In this document: piece after piece, positions 9,847 through 20,380 of the stretch
Layout: the number at the start of each line of letters is the position of its first letter
How positions within the stretch are numbered: the stretch's first letter is position 1
DNA from: a bacterium
Lineage (GTDB): Bacteria > Patescibacteriota > Microgenomatia > JAMCZE01
Direction of reading: 5' to 3'
DNA length: 64,000 nucleotides
NCBI GenBank assembly: GCA_021836035.1
Contig: JAKBJL010000003.1
Span: forward strand, 132,135-196,134
Notes under the pieces: model-generated
Database searches by the model: none
What the model saw: only the letters and a program-made list of their open reading frames with translations
Told to the model about the DNA's origin: nothing
Made by a program: the position numbers and the translations under genes

Positions 9847-9897
9847 GGAGCGGGGAATAGAGTAACTCTTTTTCTTTCCCTTTCTCCTTCCCGCTCC
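9847..9897. terminator. candidate bidirectional terminator between the convergent htrA and prfA genes
   Basis: Outer stem GGAGCGGGGAA/TTCCCGCTCC with an inner hairpin AGAGTAACTCT followed by TTTTTCTTTCC. Confidence 0.35.
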
Positions 9898-9924
9898 CGC
9901 TAACCATTACTTTTCTCAAATTAA

Positions 9925-10830
9925 TTAGGCGTCAGAATACCTACTTTGGAGTTCGGAAATAATCTCGTCCAAATTACCCTCCATAATTTTATCAATGTTA
10001 TGAAAGTTTTTGTCTAATCGGTGATCTGTAACTCTGTCCTGTAAAAAATTGTAGGTGCGGATTTTTTCGTTGCGCATACCTGTACCGATCTGCGCCCGGC
10101 GTTCCGCGGACATTTCGCTTAAGATCCTTTCCTGCTCCTGTTCCCAGAGAATTTGCCTGAGCTTGCCCATCGCTTTATCCCGGTTTTTGGATTGATCCCG
10201 TTCATCCTGGCAGGTAACGACGATGCCTGTCGGTTTATGGGTAAGTCTTACGGCGCTGCTGACTTTATTTACATTTTGGCCGCCGTGTCCGCCGGAACGA
10301 TAAAAAGACTCTTCGACATCACCCGGGTCGATATGGATATCAAAGTCTTCCAATTCGGGCAGAATAGCAACGGTAGCTGTGGAAGTATGTACCCGGCCCG
10401 AGGACTCCGTTACGGGTACCCGCTGGACCCGATGCACTCCTGATTCAAATTTTAATTTGCCGTACGCCCCTTTGCCGGAAATTTTAACGGATAGAGGGCT
10501 TTCCGGAAGAACCCGCCAGCCTTGCATTTGCGCGTAGCGGGTATACATGCGCAATAAATCTTCTCCCCAGAGTTTGGCTTCCTCGCCTCCTGCCGCTCCG
10601 CGGATTTCCAGAACGATGTTGCGGTGGCCAAAATCATCGGAGGATCCGGGGGATAGGGAGGAAGGGCGAGTGGTTTGTGATTCAATCAGCAATTTTTTCT
10701 CTGCCTCGAGTTTTGTAATTTCCTCGCCGGCCATTTCGGCTATAGTAGGATCAGCCGCAAGCACTTTGGCTTCAGCAATACGTTGGTCAATCAGGTCAAC
10801 TTGGGATTTAAGATAGCCGGGAATATCCAT
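9925..10830 (-). CDS. prfA: peptide chain release factor 1 with a short N-terminal domain
   Basis: [17 protein letters not shown] (the P-x-T motif of RF1, not the SPF of RF2), GGQ motif [11 protein letters not shown]; 301 aa versus ~360 typical. Confidence 0.85.
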   Translation of the reverse strand: MDIPGYLKSQVDLIDQRIAEAKVLAADPTIAEMAGEEITKLEAEKKLLIESQTTRPSSLSPGSSDDFGHRNIVLEIRGAAGGEEAKLWGEDLLRMYTRYAQMQGWRVLPESPLSVKISGKGAYGKLKFESGVHRVQRVPVTESSGRVHTSTATVAILPELEDFDIHIDPGDVEESFYRSGGHGGQNVNKVSSAVRLTHKPTGIVVTCQDERDQSKNRDKAMGKLRQILWEQEQERILSEMSAERRAQIGTGMRNEKIRTYNFLQDRVTDHRLDKNFHNIDKIMEGNLDEIISELQSRYSDA

Positions 10831-10895
10831 ACCGAAGCGAGTAACGTTAAACGGTTAGCATATAGACCGTATAAACGCTTTACGCTTTTTGCTAT

Positions 10896-11198
10896 TTACT
10901 GTTTCAGTGCTTGTAGCATCTCGCGGAGTGTCTTGGGGCGGTATTCTTCCTGCTCTTTTTCCTGTTTTTTCTGGACTCTGACGGCTTTTATGGCCGCGGC
11001 GTTCTTTTGTTTCGCCTGGAATTTTTCAATTTTTCCGACCGTATCGACAAATTTTTGTACACCAGTATAAAACGGATGGCATTGGCTGCACAATTCCACA
11101 TGAATGACGGGTTTTGTTGAGCCCACACTAAAGGTATTGCCGCAGGCGCAAATCACCTTAGCATCAGGATAATATTGAGGATGGATTCCCGGCTTCAT
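10896..11198 (-). CDS. rpmE: 50S ribosomal protein L31 with a C-terminal extension
   Basis: [10 protein letters not shown]…ICACGNTF…[10 protein letters not shown]. Confidence 0.85.
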   Translation of the reverse strand: MKPGIHPQYYPDAKVICACGNTFSVGSTKPVIHVELCSQCHPFYTGVQKFVDTVGKIEKFQAKQKNAAAIKAVRVQKKQEKEQEEYRPKTLREMLQALKQ

Positions 11199-11367
11199 AT
11201 TGTGCCTATTATACTATATTAGTGAGCTAAAATCACTAATAAATTTAAATTTAATATTTTTAATGAGTATCCGCCTACGACAGGATCTGAAATAACAAAT
11301 AGTTTTTCAGAAAGAGGCAAAATGCCCCTTCATTTCAAATCCGATCTGAGCGGATTAAAATTAAAAA

Positions 11368-12276
11368 TTACAAATTAAATATTTTGTGTAGCGGGTGCCA
11401 GGGAATGCGGCGCTCCGCGATTAGAATGCCAAAGAAAACCAGAGCACTGCCGGTTAGGAAGGGAACGGTTAGTTGTTCCCCCAGTAGGGGTATGGCGATA
11501 GCAACTGCGGTAATAGGATCAAGGTAGGTAAAGACGCCGGTTTTATAAGCAGGAAGTTTGGAGAGAGCCCAATCATAAGCGGCATAAGCGATGGCGCTGG
11601 AAAAGACGCTGCCGAAAATAATACCGGTCCAGCCGCGGTAGTCTAAAGCGGCGATCCATCCAGGAGAGGACTCAAATTCCCAAATCATAAACGGCAAAAA
11701 GGTGAGGGTGCCAATGAGAAACGACCAGAAAGTCGAGCCCAGGGTATTTTCATTGGTCAGGAATTTACGCCCGGCAATGGTGCTTACGACATAACCTAAA
11801 GTAGCAATAATCAGAAAAAAGTTGCCGATAATTTCTCCCTGAGGACCGTTTTGCAGAATTGGCTGGAAAACAATAATAAAAATCCCGGTAAATGAGAGCA
11901 AAGTTCCCGCTAGGGCGGATTTTTTAATCCTTTCCCGCAGGAAAAGCGCGGAGCCGATAAGGAGTATAACCGGGCCGGCAGAAGCAATAATCGGGGAATT
12001 AATCGAAGCCGTTCTTTCCAGCCCCAGGAAGAAAAAAGTGATGTTTATAGTAATTCCGGAAAAAGCGAAAAGCCAAAGCCAGCGGTTTTTCAATTGGCCG
12101 TAGGTTAACTCTTTATGGACAATGGGGTAAAGGAGGCAGGAGGCGATAAGGAAGCGGATGAAGGCGAGCGAAAAAGGGGGGATGTTACCTAGAGCGAATT
12201 TAAAGATCGGGCTGGCTGCTCCCCAGATCAAATTGGCGATTATCAGAGCAAGGATGGGCAGATTGAGCTTTTTCAT
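11368..12276 (-). CDS. EamA/DMT-family transporter
   Basis: ~10 TM segments with two EamA-like repeats; 302 aa. Confidence 0.7.
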   Translation of the reverse strand: MKKLNLPILALIIANLIWGAASPIFKFALGNIPPFSLAFIRFLIASCLLYPIVHKELTYGQLKNRWLWLFAFSGITINITFFFLGLERTASINSPIIASAGPVILLIGSALFLRERIKKSALAGTLLSFTGIFIIVFQPILQNGPQGEIIGNFFLIIATLGYVVSTIAGRKFLTNENTLGSTFWSFLIGTLTFLPFMIWEFESSPGWIAALDYRGWTGIIFGSVFSSAIAYAAYDWALSKLPAYKTGVFTYLDPITAVAIAIPLLGEQLTVPFLTGSALVFFGILIAERRIPWHPLHKIFNL

Positions 12277-13523
12277 CCGATGATTAATTTTATGGCTTCC
12301 GGAAGGGCCAGGGTTTGTTGCGATTTAGTAGCCAGGTCTTTTAGGGTAACGAGATTTTTTTCTGCTTCCTCTGGACCGATAATTACGGCAAACGGAATAC
12401 CTTTAGCATCGGCATACTTCAATTGCTTATCCAATTTTACTCCCGGATCAGGATAAATTTCCGTATTCAGGTCGTTGATACGCAGGGCGGAAGCGGTTTC
12501 CAGCGATTTATCAAGCAGCGACGGGGAAAAAACGGTAACCAGGATACGGGTCGGCATTTTAGGAATATTTGGCCAGAGATTAAGTTCCTGAATGACGTCT
12601 ACAATACGGTCCAAGCCAAAACTATAACCTACCGCCGGTAAATCCATTTCGGTAAATTGGCCAATTAGCTGATCATAACGACCGCCGCCGCCAAGCGAAC
12701 CGATTTTAGGCTCCGTCACGCTGGTCTCAAAGATAACACCGGTATAGTAATTTAAACCGCGGGAAAGGATTGGGTCAAAGCGCAGGTATTCAGGCGGTAC
12801 ACCCATTTTTTCCGCCAAGTTTAAAATTTCCTCCAGGTTCTTATCCGGTTTATTGTTGTAAAGATTTTTCAGCAGGAGATCGACTTTTTCCTTGTCGATC
12901 ATTTTGGAGGTTAATTCTTTGCGGATTTCCGCGAAGGGTTTTTTGTCCAGCTTATCTAGGGACTGGATTACCGGCAGGTATTTTTCCTCGGGGATATTGC
13001 AACTGTGCATATAAGCAAATAATACTGTGCGGCTGTTCACGCGGATAATAAAGTTAGCAAAACCAAGAGATTTAAGGCATTCGAAGATAATGGCCAGGAT
13101 TTCCGCGTCAGCCAGGGGAGAATTGGTCCCGAAAGTGTCAATGTCGCACTGGGTAAACTCCCGATAGCGGCCTTTTTGCGGCTTTTCCGCACGGTAAGCC
13201 GTCTGAATTTGATAGCGCTTAAAAGGCTTAGGAAGGGCGGGGTATTGGGCAACTACCCGGGCTGCGGGGATAGTTAAGTCATAACGCAAGCCGACATCCC
13301 TTTGTCCCTGATCACGGAAAAGATACATCAACTGTTCCGCTTCCGGTCCGTATTTTCCCAAAAGAATATCCTGATATTCCAGAGCGGGGGTTTCCAGAGG
13401 GGAGAAACCGTATTTTTCAAATATCCGGGCGAAAGTGGTGATCACTTTTTGCCGGATGAGGAGAGTCTCCGGCAGAAAATCCCGAAATCCGGGTAAGGTC
13501 CGCGGCTCAATTTTTCCTACCAT
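12273..13523 (-). CDS. hisS: histidyl-tRNA synthetase
   Basis: Class II motifs: GFRDFLP, YQIQTAYRAEKPQKGRYREFTQCD, GGGGRYDQL; anticodon-binding C-terminus. Confidence 0.9.
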   Translation of the reverse strand: MVGKIEPRTLPGFRDFLPETLLIRQKVITTFARIFEKYGFSPLETPALEYQDILLGKYGPEAEQLMYLFRDQGQRDVGLRYDLTIPAARVVAQYPALPKPFKRYQIQTAYRAEKPQKGRYREFTQCDIDTFGTNSPLADAEILAIIFECLKSLGFANFIIRVNSRTVLFAYMHSCNIPEEKYLPVIQSLDKLDKKPFAEIRKELTSKMIDKEKVDLLLKNLYNNKPDKNLEEILNLAEKMGVPPEYLRFDPILSRGLNYYTGVIFETSVTEPKIGSLGGGGRYDQLIGQFTEMDLPAVGYSFGLDRIVDVIQELNLWPNIPKMPTRILVTVFSPSLLDKSLETASALRINDLNTEIYPDPGVKLDKQLKYADAKGIPFAVIIGPEEAEKNLVTLKDLATKSQQTLALPEAIKLIIG

Positions 13524-13679
13524 GAATCAATAATAGCACGGGATTAAGAAATTTGTATGGGTCCGATAGTTCGCACGTGCGGATTATTGATACTATTTTT
13601 GGGGATTGTTATACCTATCTGGTGGTTTCAACCCTTCGATGCTTCGATTCCTCGGTAAACTCGGCACTCAGGATTTCGG

Positions 13680-14879
13680 CTATTCATAACGGATAGCCTC
13701 AATCGGGGATAACTGGGAAGCTTGGCGAGCGGGGAATACACCGAAGACGACGCCAATCAGGGAGGAGACGCCGAGGGAGAGAACAACTGACTGCCAATTG
13801 ATGTATGCCGGGAAGATACTTTGGAGGGCAAGAACGACGATGAAAGACAGGGTTAATCCCAGGAAACCTCCGATTAGGGAAAGGAGAACGGCTTCCGCTA
13901 AAAATTGCCAGAGAATATCATATTTAGTGGCTCCGATCGCACGGCGGATACCGATTTCCCGTATCCTTTCGATCACGGAAACATACATGATGTTCATAAT
14001 TCCGACGCCGCCGACAATAAGGGAAATGGCGGCGATAGCTACCAGAATACTGTTAAGAATATTAAAAATGGAACCAACGATAGAAAGGATTTCTGTTTGG
14101 TCGGCAACGGAGAATTTATCGGCGTCATATTCCTTGACTAATTCTTTCTTAATTTCTTCTTTTACCGTAGCCAGATTATTCTGTTCCGCCACCGAGACAT
14201 AAATAGCGTAGAATTTTTTATCCTCCTGATAGGCGGCCAAGGCGGAGTAGGGGAGATAAAGATGGGCATCGATCGACGGTCCGCCGATCCCGCCGCCGCC
14301 TTTTTTCTTGACGATGCCAATGACTCGGTAAGTTAATCCATCAAGGCGGAGGTTTTTCCCTAAAGCGTCATCTGCGCTGGCGAAAATTTCCGTGGCTACC
14401 TGGGAACCGATAACTACCACCTTGGATTTTTTATTCACGTCGGCTTTCGTAAACGGTTTTCCGCTGCCGATATCTAAGTTCATAGCTTGAAAGATATCGG
14501 CTGTAGATCCGACGACCTCGTAGGTTTTGGTATCGGTTTCGCCCTGGATCCGGGACATTTGGACGGACATGGGCATGGAGGCCGTAATGCCGGGGATGCG
14601 GCCCAGCTTTTGCGCGTCTTTTAAAGTAAATTTAATACCGCCGATTCCGGATGCGGCAGCCAAATTTCCCTGAAGATTTCCTGGCATAACAAAGAGCAGA
14701 TTGCTGCCGATGCTTTCAAATTGCTGGGCGATATATTTTTTCAGCCCTAATCCCAAAGCTACAAGCAAAACAACGGAAGCTACTCCGATAAGAATTCCCA
14801 GAGAAGTAAGAAAAGTCCGGATTTTATTCCTCCGGAAATCTTCAAAAGAAGATTTAAGGATAAAGAGAAAATAATTCAT
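13680..14879 (-). CDS. ABC transporter permease, FtsX/MacB type
   Basis: N-terminal TM, large periplasmic domain, C-terminal FtsX 3-TM bundle (GIMNIMYVSVIERIREIGIRRAIGA). Confidence 0.8.
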   Translation of the reverse strand: MNYFLFILKSSFEDFRRNKIRTFLTSLGILIGVASVVLLVALGLGLKKYIAQQFESIGSNLLFVMPGNLQGNLAAASGIGGIKFTLKDAQKLGRIPGITASMPMSVQMSRIQGETDTKTYEVVGSTADIFQAMNLDIGSGKPFTKADVNKKSKVVVIGSQVATEIFASADDALGKNLRLDGLTYRVIGIVKKKGGGGIGGPSIDAHLYLPYSALAAYQEDKKFYAIYVSVAEQNNLATVKEEIKKELVKEYDADKFSVADQTEILSIVGSIFNILNSILVAIAAISLIVGGVGIMNIMYVSVIERIREIGIRRAIGATKYDILWQFLAEAVLLSLIGGFLGLTLSFIVVLALQSIFPAYINWQSVVLSLGVSSLIGVVFGVFPARQASQLSPIEAIRYE

Positions 14880-15040
14880 TTTAGTTTAGTGCGCTGCTTC
14901 GCAGATCCAAAAAACCTCGCTGGCCGTGGTTCATGCTCGACTTTTTGTCCGCTCGCATCGCTTTAATATATGTCGCGTAACTACGCCCAGTGGGTTGCCA
15001 CCTTTCTAAAATATTTGTAAATACTAATAGAAATTAGGAA

Positions 15041-15712
15041 TTAGTTGTTAGTAATTTTCCCATCCTGTATTTTGATTTTTCTTTTCGTTTTTGCCGCAAT
15101 ACTAGGGTCATGTGTAACAATGACTACCGTAATATTTTCTTCCCGGTTTAACTCCTGAAGTAATTTGATAATTTCCTCGCCGGTTTTGGTGTCTAAATTG
15201 CCGGTGGGTTCATCGGCCAGAATCAGCTTCGGTTTCATAATCAAGGCCCGGGCGATAGCGACACGCTGCTGCTGGCCGCCGGAAATTTTATTAGGATAAG
15301 AATCAATACGGTCCTGAAGACCAAAACGCAGCAAAAGACTGCGGGCCCGCTCGTCGGGAATATAATCAAGCTTTTTGCGGCTGTAGATTGCCGGCAGGAG
15401 AATATTTTCCCTGACCGTTAATTTATTAATGAGGTTAAATTGCTGAAAGACGAAGCCGACGTATTCATTACGGAGTTTAGAAAGGGAGACATCAGAAAGA
15501 TGCGCGATGTTTTTTCCGTCAACAAGGATATCCCCGCCAGTTGGTTGATCCAGCAAACCGACAAGATGCATAAGGGTGGATTTACCCGATCCTGAGGGGC
15601 CGACAATCGAGGCGAACTCTCCGTCATTTATTTCCAAGTAGATATTATCAAGGGCAAAAAATTTTTCACCGCCGACATCGTAACTTTTACTGACTCCGCT
15701 AAGCTTAATCAT
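15041..15712 (-). CDS. ABC transporter ATP-binding protein (MacB/LolD-like)
   Basis: Walker [10 protein letters not shown], signature [15 protein letters not shown], Walker [12 protein letters not shown]. Confidence 0.9.
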   Translation of the reverse strand: MIKLSGVSKSYDVGGEKFFALDNIYLEINDGEFASIVGPSGSGKSTLMHLVGLLDQPTGGDILVDGKNIAHLSDVSLSKLRNEYVGFVFQQFNLINKLTVRENILLPAIYSRKKLDYIPDERARSLLLRFGLQDRIDSYPNKISGGQQQRVAIARALIMKPKLILADEPTGNLDTKTGEEIIKLLQELNREENITVVIVTHDPSIAAKTKRKIKIQDGKITNN

Positions 15713-16715
15713 AAACCAGGTCGCCCTCTGTCAGTCCGGAAGTTATTTCGGCGAGGCTATCGGTTTCTAACCCCACCGCAACGTTGACCTTTTTCTTTTT
15801 GCCATCTTTCCGGACGTAAACGTATCTTTGGTCTCCGCTGGTTTTTAAAGCTTTCAAGGGAACGGCTAAAACGGCTTTTTTGTCAGAGGTCACAAAATCC
15901 GCGTCGCCGCCCATATCCAGGCGAAGGTTTAATGTGCCGCTGTCAGAAGCGCTTATTTTAACCTCATAAACCGTTTCGGATTCCCCGGGTTTAGGGGTAA
16001 AAGAGATCCGTTTTATAATTCCCGGAATAGTTTTTTCCGGGTAAGAATCGAGAACTATTTCGCCGCGCATTCCTTCCTGTAGTTTTACCACATCAGTTTG
16101 GTCGGCAAGGGCGGAAAAATAAATCGTCGCCGGATTGACAATTTCAAATTCAGCCTGGGTGGGAATGATATTGACACCGGGCAGGGGAGTCTCAACACGG
16201 GTAACAATGCCGTCAATTGGGGTCCAGAGGTTGGAAAACTGAATAGCCAGGTTTTTAATTTCCACATCCAGGACGGCATTGTTGAGATCAAACTGAGATT
16301 GGTCTATTGTCCTTTTAATCGTATCGGTAATTACCTGATCCTTATAGGTTGTCTGGCTTAATTGGTCAAAGTCCCAGCGGGCATTGCGGTAATCATTCAG
16401 ATATTTTTGAAAAGTTTTTTGGAGTTCCTGCTGGTCCAGGCCGGCAATAACCTGGTTGGCTTTAACCCTATCACCCTCCTTGACACCGACCCAGGCCAGA
16501 TAACCGGAAGTCTGGAATCGCAGTGTAGCTTTTTCTTCAGCGGCGATTTTTCCGGATAAAGAGAGGGTTTCCTGCAATTCCTGGCGCTTAACCCGGTAAG
16601 TGCTTTCCGCCTTCGTGCCGGCAAATTGTGTTTGGTAATAAAAGATTCCGCTCCCCGCGAGGAGCGTAATAATAAAACCCAACAAAAACTTACGGTTCCG
16701 CAAAATATTTCTCAT
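15705..16715 (-). CDS. HlyD/MacA-family periplasmic adaptor subunit
   Basis: N-terminal TM anchor, coiled-coil hairpin, lipoyl and beta-barrel segments; overlaps the ABC ATPase gene by 8 nt (translational coupling). Confidence 0.7.
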   Translation of the reverse strand: MRNILRNRKFLLGFIITLLAGSGIFYYQTQFAGTKAESTYRVKRQELQETLSLSGKIAAEEKATLRFQTSGYLAWVGVKEGDRVKANQVIAGLDQQELQKTFQKYLNDYRNARWDFDQLSQTTYKDQVITDTIKRTIDQSQFDLNNAVLDVEIKNLAIQFSNLWTPIDGIVTRVETPLPGVNIIPTQAEFEIVNPATIYFSALADQTDVVKLQEGMRGEIVLDSYPEKTIPGIIKRISFTPKPGESETVYEVKISASDSGTLNLRLDMGGDADFVTSDKKAVLAVPLKALKTSGDQRYVYVRKDGKKKKVNVAVGLETDSLAEITSGLTEGDLVYD

Positions 16716-16810
16716 ACCGTTAAGACATTATAGCGAATTGGAAGTACTAGGTTCCAGTGGCTGGGTTCCGGAAACAACAGGGTAAATAAACAATTATTAA
16801 AAGTCCTAAT

Positions 16811-17494
16811 CTACTTGCTAGTATAGACAAGGGCCTTGAGAGAAGAAAGGGTTTGGGATTTAGTGTCGGAAGAATAGGCAATAACGAATACTACCGAACC
16901 TTCCTTAAAGTCAGCCAGCTTAGCCGTGAGAAACTTCCCGGAAATGTCGAGTTTTTTTAAAGTCAAAGCGTCCGCCAGATCGACGGTGGTTTCTGTCCCG
17001 CCATTTTGTTTAAGCGTATAAACCGTTTTATTGACGGCGGTGACTACACCGACAATATTTAATCTCTCGATTTTGGCAATAACCTGACGGGCGGTCATTT
17101 CGGAAGTTGTGGGATCAATCGTCCCGGTGGCGACCACATCTTCACCGGCTTTGAGGTTTTTTAAGGCGATTTCCGTCCGGTTACCGGCGCGGATCCGGTA
17201 ATAGACCGTGGCGTCGTTAACCGCAACCGTACGTTGGCCGTCGGGAGTGGTCAGGATAAAGGAGGAAGTACCGACGGATTTTACAGTACCCCGATAGCTC
17301 CTTTTCATTTTTGCAGCTAGCTCGGCGACCTTGGTAGCTACGCGGTCCAGGAGATCCTGGGCTTTCTTATTGTCCGACGGGGGCGTAGCTGACGGAGTAG
17401 CCGTAATCGCTACAGCTCTGGAATAAGAAGAAACGAAAAATAAGAGATAAGAAATGACTAAAAAATTAAAAATAATAAATAATAACCGTTTCAT
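16811..17494 (-). CDS. hypothetical secreted protein
   Basis: Signal peptide MKRLLFIIFNFLVISYLLFFVSS; 227 aa. Confidence 0.5.
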   Translation of the reverse strand: MKRLLFIIFNFLVISYLLFFVSSYSRAVAITATPSATPPSDNKKAQDLLDRVATKVAELAAKMKRSYRGTVKSVGTSSFILTTPDGQRTVAVNDATVYYRIRAGNRTEIALKNLKAGEDVVATGTIDPTTSEMTARQVIAKIERLNIVGVVTAVNKTVYTLKQNGGTETTVDLADALTLKKLDISGKFLTAKLADFKEGSVVFVIAYSSDTKSQTLSSLKALVYTSK

Positions 17495-17495
17495 G

Positions 17496-17942
17496 TTATT
17501 GTTGCGGGATTTCTAAAGTGACGCTACGGGTAACGGTAATATTTTTATTACTGGCGTCGATAACCGTTGCCGATATTTCATTTTCACCGTCTTCCAGTTT
17601 CAGGCTAGCGGAAAAATTGCCGATAGCATCAGCCGTCGCTACTTTCTCATCAGCGGGTCCGAAAAGGATGATGCTAGTGCCGGGTTTGGTTTTGCCCGAG
17701 ACAGCAACCGCCCCATCAGAAACAAAGGAATTATCCTCCGGGCTGTCAAGGACCAGAGTTAACGGTTGGCTTTGGGAATTATTTTCCGTATTATTCGGAG
17801 TGGGCAAGGGGGCGGTAATAGAAGAGGCTTTCGGCAAAGTGTTTTGTAATTTCCGGAAAAGCCCAGGCCCGAAGAGTACTCCCAAGGCTAAGACTACTCC
17901 TACCAAAAGGCCGATAAAAATCGTGACGAATTTTTCACTCAT
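17496..17942 (-). CDS. hypothetical membrane-anchored protein
   Basis: N-terminal TM (FVTIFIGLLVGVVLALGVLFG); 148 aa; adjacent to, and co-oriented with, 16811..17494. Confidence 0.5.
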   Translation of the reverse strand: MSEKFVTIFIGLLVGVVLALGVLFGPGLFRKLQNTLPKASSITAPLPTPNNTENNSQSQPLTLVLDSPEDNSFVSDGAVAVSGKTKPGTSIILFGPADEKVATADAIGNFSASLKLEDGENEISATVIDASNKNITVTRSVTLEIPQQ

Positions 17943-18022
17943 CCCGGGCTCATGATAAGAGACTTTTGATATATTGTCAAGAAATGGTATAAATATTAGA
18001 CTACGGCAAAAATAGCAAGACT

Positions 18023-18679
18023 ATGGATATTACCTATTTGGGACACGCCAGTTTCAAAATTAAAGGAAAAAGTGCCAGCGTAGTCACGGACCCGTTTGAT
18101 CCCAAAGTTGTTGGCTTTACTCCTCCCGCACCGGAGAATGTGGACCTGGTTACCGTCAGCCATGACCATGCAGATCATAATTTTGTTTCCCGGGTTAAAG
18201 AAAAGAATCCGGACGCTTTTGTTATTAGCGGTCCGGGTGAGTATGAGGCTAGGGGAGTGACGGTTTTCGGTTACGGAGCGTTCCATGATAAAAGTAATGG
18301 GGCAGAAAGAGGTAAAAATACTATTTTCCGGATTGTCCTTGATGATATTAATGTTTGTCACCTGGGGGATCTGGGGCATAAATTAAGCGATGCCTTAGTG
18401 GAAAAAATCGATAATGTAGATATTTTAATGGTTCCTGTTGGCGGCGGGTTTTCTTTGGAACCGGAGGTCGCAGCGGAAGTTGTTGCCCAGCTGGCCCCCA
18501 GTATTGTTATCCCCATGCATTATAAAACACCCAAACATAATCCTGAAGTATTTGCCAAATTGGCCGGGGTAGCAGAATTTTTAAAGGCCATGGGTAAAGA
18601 AAATATATCACCGATACCAAAATTGAGCGTTTCTAAGGATAAATTACCAGAAGAGTTGCAAGTAGTAGTCTTAGAATAA
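18023..18679 (+). CDS. MBL-fold metal-dependent hydrolase (UPF0173-like)
   Basis: VSHDHADHNF metal-binding motif; 218 aa. Confidence 0.75.
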   Translation: MDITYLGHASFKIKGKSASVVTDPFDPKVVGFTPPAPENVDLVTVSHDHADHNFVSRVKEKNPDAFVISGPGEYEARGVTVFGYGAFHDKSNGAERGKNTIFRIVLDDINVCHLGDLGHKLSDALVEKIDNVDILMVPVGGGFSLEPEVAAEVVAQLAPSIVIPMHYKTPKHNPEVFAKLAGVAEFLKAMGKENISPIPKLSVSKDKLPEELQVVVLE

Positions 18680-18800
18680 CTTGGGATCCCACCGCCGCTC
18701 GTGTTCATTCCGTGTACTACGTGCACGCTAATGAGCGCTCGCTTTGCTGGGCAAGCCTGCCACACCAGCCTTATTAGCGTGACCCTGATAAAATAAAATT

Positions 18801-20135
18801 ATGAGCCAGACAAAGGTTCCTCCCCATTCCGACGATGCCGAGCAATCCGTTCTTGGGGCAATTATGATCGACCGGGACGCGATTGTAGAAGTGGCCGGCT
18901 TTTTACGCCCTGAACATTTTTATAATGACCCCAACGGAAATATATTTTCCGCGATGTTATCACTTTTTGAAGAACGCCACCCCATAGATTTGGTAACCCT
19001 GAAGGAAAAGCTACGGGAGCAGAAATGTCTAAAGGAGGTCGGAGGAGCGGGGTATCTTTCGGATTTGGTTAACAAAGTGCCGACAAGCGCTCATGTGGAA
19101 CAATATGGCCGGATTATCAAAGAACATTATGCTAAAAGGCAGCTGATCAAAACTGCGGCCGACGTAACGGAGGATTCTTTCGACGAGGGGAAGCCCCTCC
19201 GCGATCTTTTGGATAAGGCGGAGCAACGGATTTTTGCCATTTCGCAGGAAAGCTTGCAACGCAATTTCGTGCCTCTCAAAGACGCGCTGGCGGAAAGTTT
19301 TGACCGCTTGGATGAGTTGCAGAAAAAAGGCAGCAGCGGTTTGCGTGGTGTACCTACGGGTTTTCGGGAGTTGGACAATATCTTAGCTGGCATGCAAGAT
19401 AGCAATTTATTAATTTTGGCTGCCCGCCCGGGAATCGGGAAAACAGCGATTGTTTTAAATATCGCTGCTCACGCCGCGGTCCGGGATAAACTGCCGGTGG
19501 GAATGTTCTCTCTGGAGATGAGCCAGGAAGAATTAGTGGATCGCCTGCTGGTAGCCCAGGCGGATATTGACGCTTGGAAACTGAAGACCGGCCATTTGGA
19601 GGATGAGGATTTTGACAAATTGCAGGAAGCGATGGGGCAGCTTGCCGAAGCGCCGATTTTTATTGATGATACTCCGGGTATCAATATTATGGAAATGCGG
19701 ACCAAAGCGCGGCGGTTACAGGCCGAACACGGACTAAAACTACTGGTGGTTGATTATCTTCAACTTATCGATTCCGGAAGGCATTTTGATAACCGAGTAC
19801 AGGAAGTTAGCATTATTTCCCAGGCTTTAAAAAATATGGCCCGGGAATTAAAAATTCCCGTACTGGCAGTTTCCCAACTATCCCGTGCGGTCGAAGCTCG
19901 GGGAACAAAAGTACCGCAGTTGGCGGACCTGCGTGAGAGCGGAAGTATTGAACAGGACGCGGATGTAGTGATGTTCCTTTACCGTGCCGACGATGAAATC
20001 AAAGACATGAATAAAATTAATACTAAACTGTTGCTGGCTAAACACCGCAACGGCGCCCTGGGAGAATTTGAGATGATGTTTGTCGGCCCCAAACTCCGCT
20101 TCCACCCCCTGGAAAGCAAAAGAGAGAAAGAGTAA
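18801..20135 (+). CDS. dnaB: replicative DNA helicase DnaB
   Basis: DnaB N-terminal domain (QSVLGAIM…), Walker A ARPGIGKTA, RecA-like C-domain (VVDYLQLI, SQLSR). Confidence 0.9.
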   Translation: MSQTKVPPHSDDAEQSVLGAIMIDRDAIVEVAGFLRPEHFYNDPNGNIFSAMLSLFEERHPIDLVTLKEKLREQKCLKEVGGAGYLSDLVNKVPTSAHVEQYGRIIKEHYAKRQLIKTAADVTEDSFDEGKPLRDLLDKAEQRIFAISQESLQRNFVPLKDALAESFDRLDELQKKGSSGLRGVPTGFRELDNILAGMQDSNLLILAARPGIGKTAIVLNIAAHAAVRDKLPVGMFSLEMSQEELVDRLLVAQADIDAWKLKTGHLEDEDFDKLQEAMGQLAEAPIFIDDTPGINIMEMRTKARRLQAEHGLKLLVVDYLQLIDSGRHFDNRVQEVSIISQALKNMARELKIPVLAVSQLSRAVEARGTKVPQLADLRESGSIEQDADVVMFLYRADDEIKDMNKINTKLLLAKHRNGALGEFEMMFVGPKLRFHPLESKREKE

Positions 20136-20150
20136 TTTGGTTTATCTTAA

Positions 20151-20300
20151 TTTAGGGTTCTGGTAACCGCTTTTCCCGGAAAGACATCCTGCCGCGCGGC
20201 AGTTTTAAAGGTTTCTATATTTTTTACTTTTTCCTGATTTTATAAAAAGAGGGGGGCAAGCTGCGCCTATCCGGGTCCTCTGCGATTGCCACACAATTAA
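20151..20300 (+). repeat. intergenic inverted-repeat element, copy D
   Basis: TAGGGTTCTGGTAACCGC … AAAAAGAGGGGGGCAAGCTGCGCCTATCCGGGTCCTCTGCGATTGCCAC. Confidence 0.35.
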
Positions 20301-20380
20301 AGTATTTGTAAATATTTGTATATTACGAATTTGTATATTATTCAAATAAATTTTCCCCTGAACCTGATAAAATACTGTTA

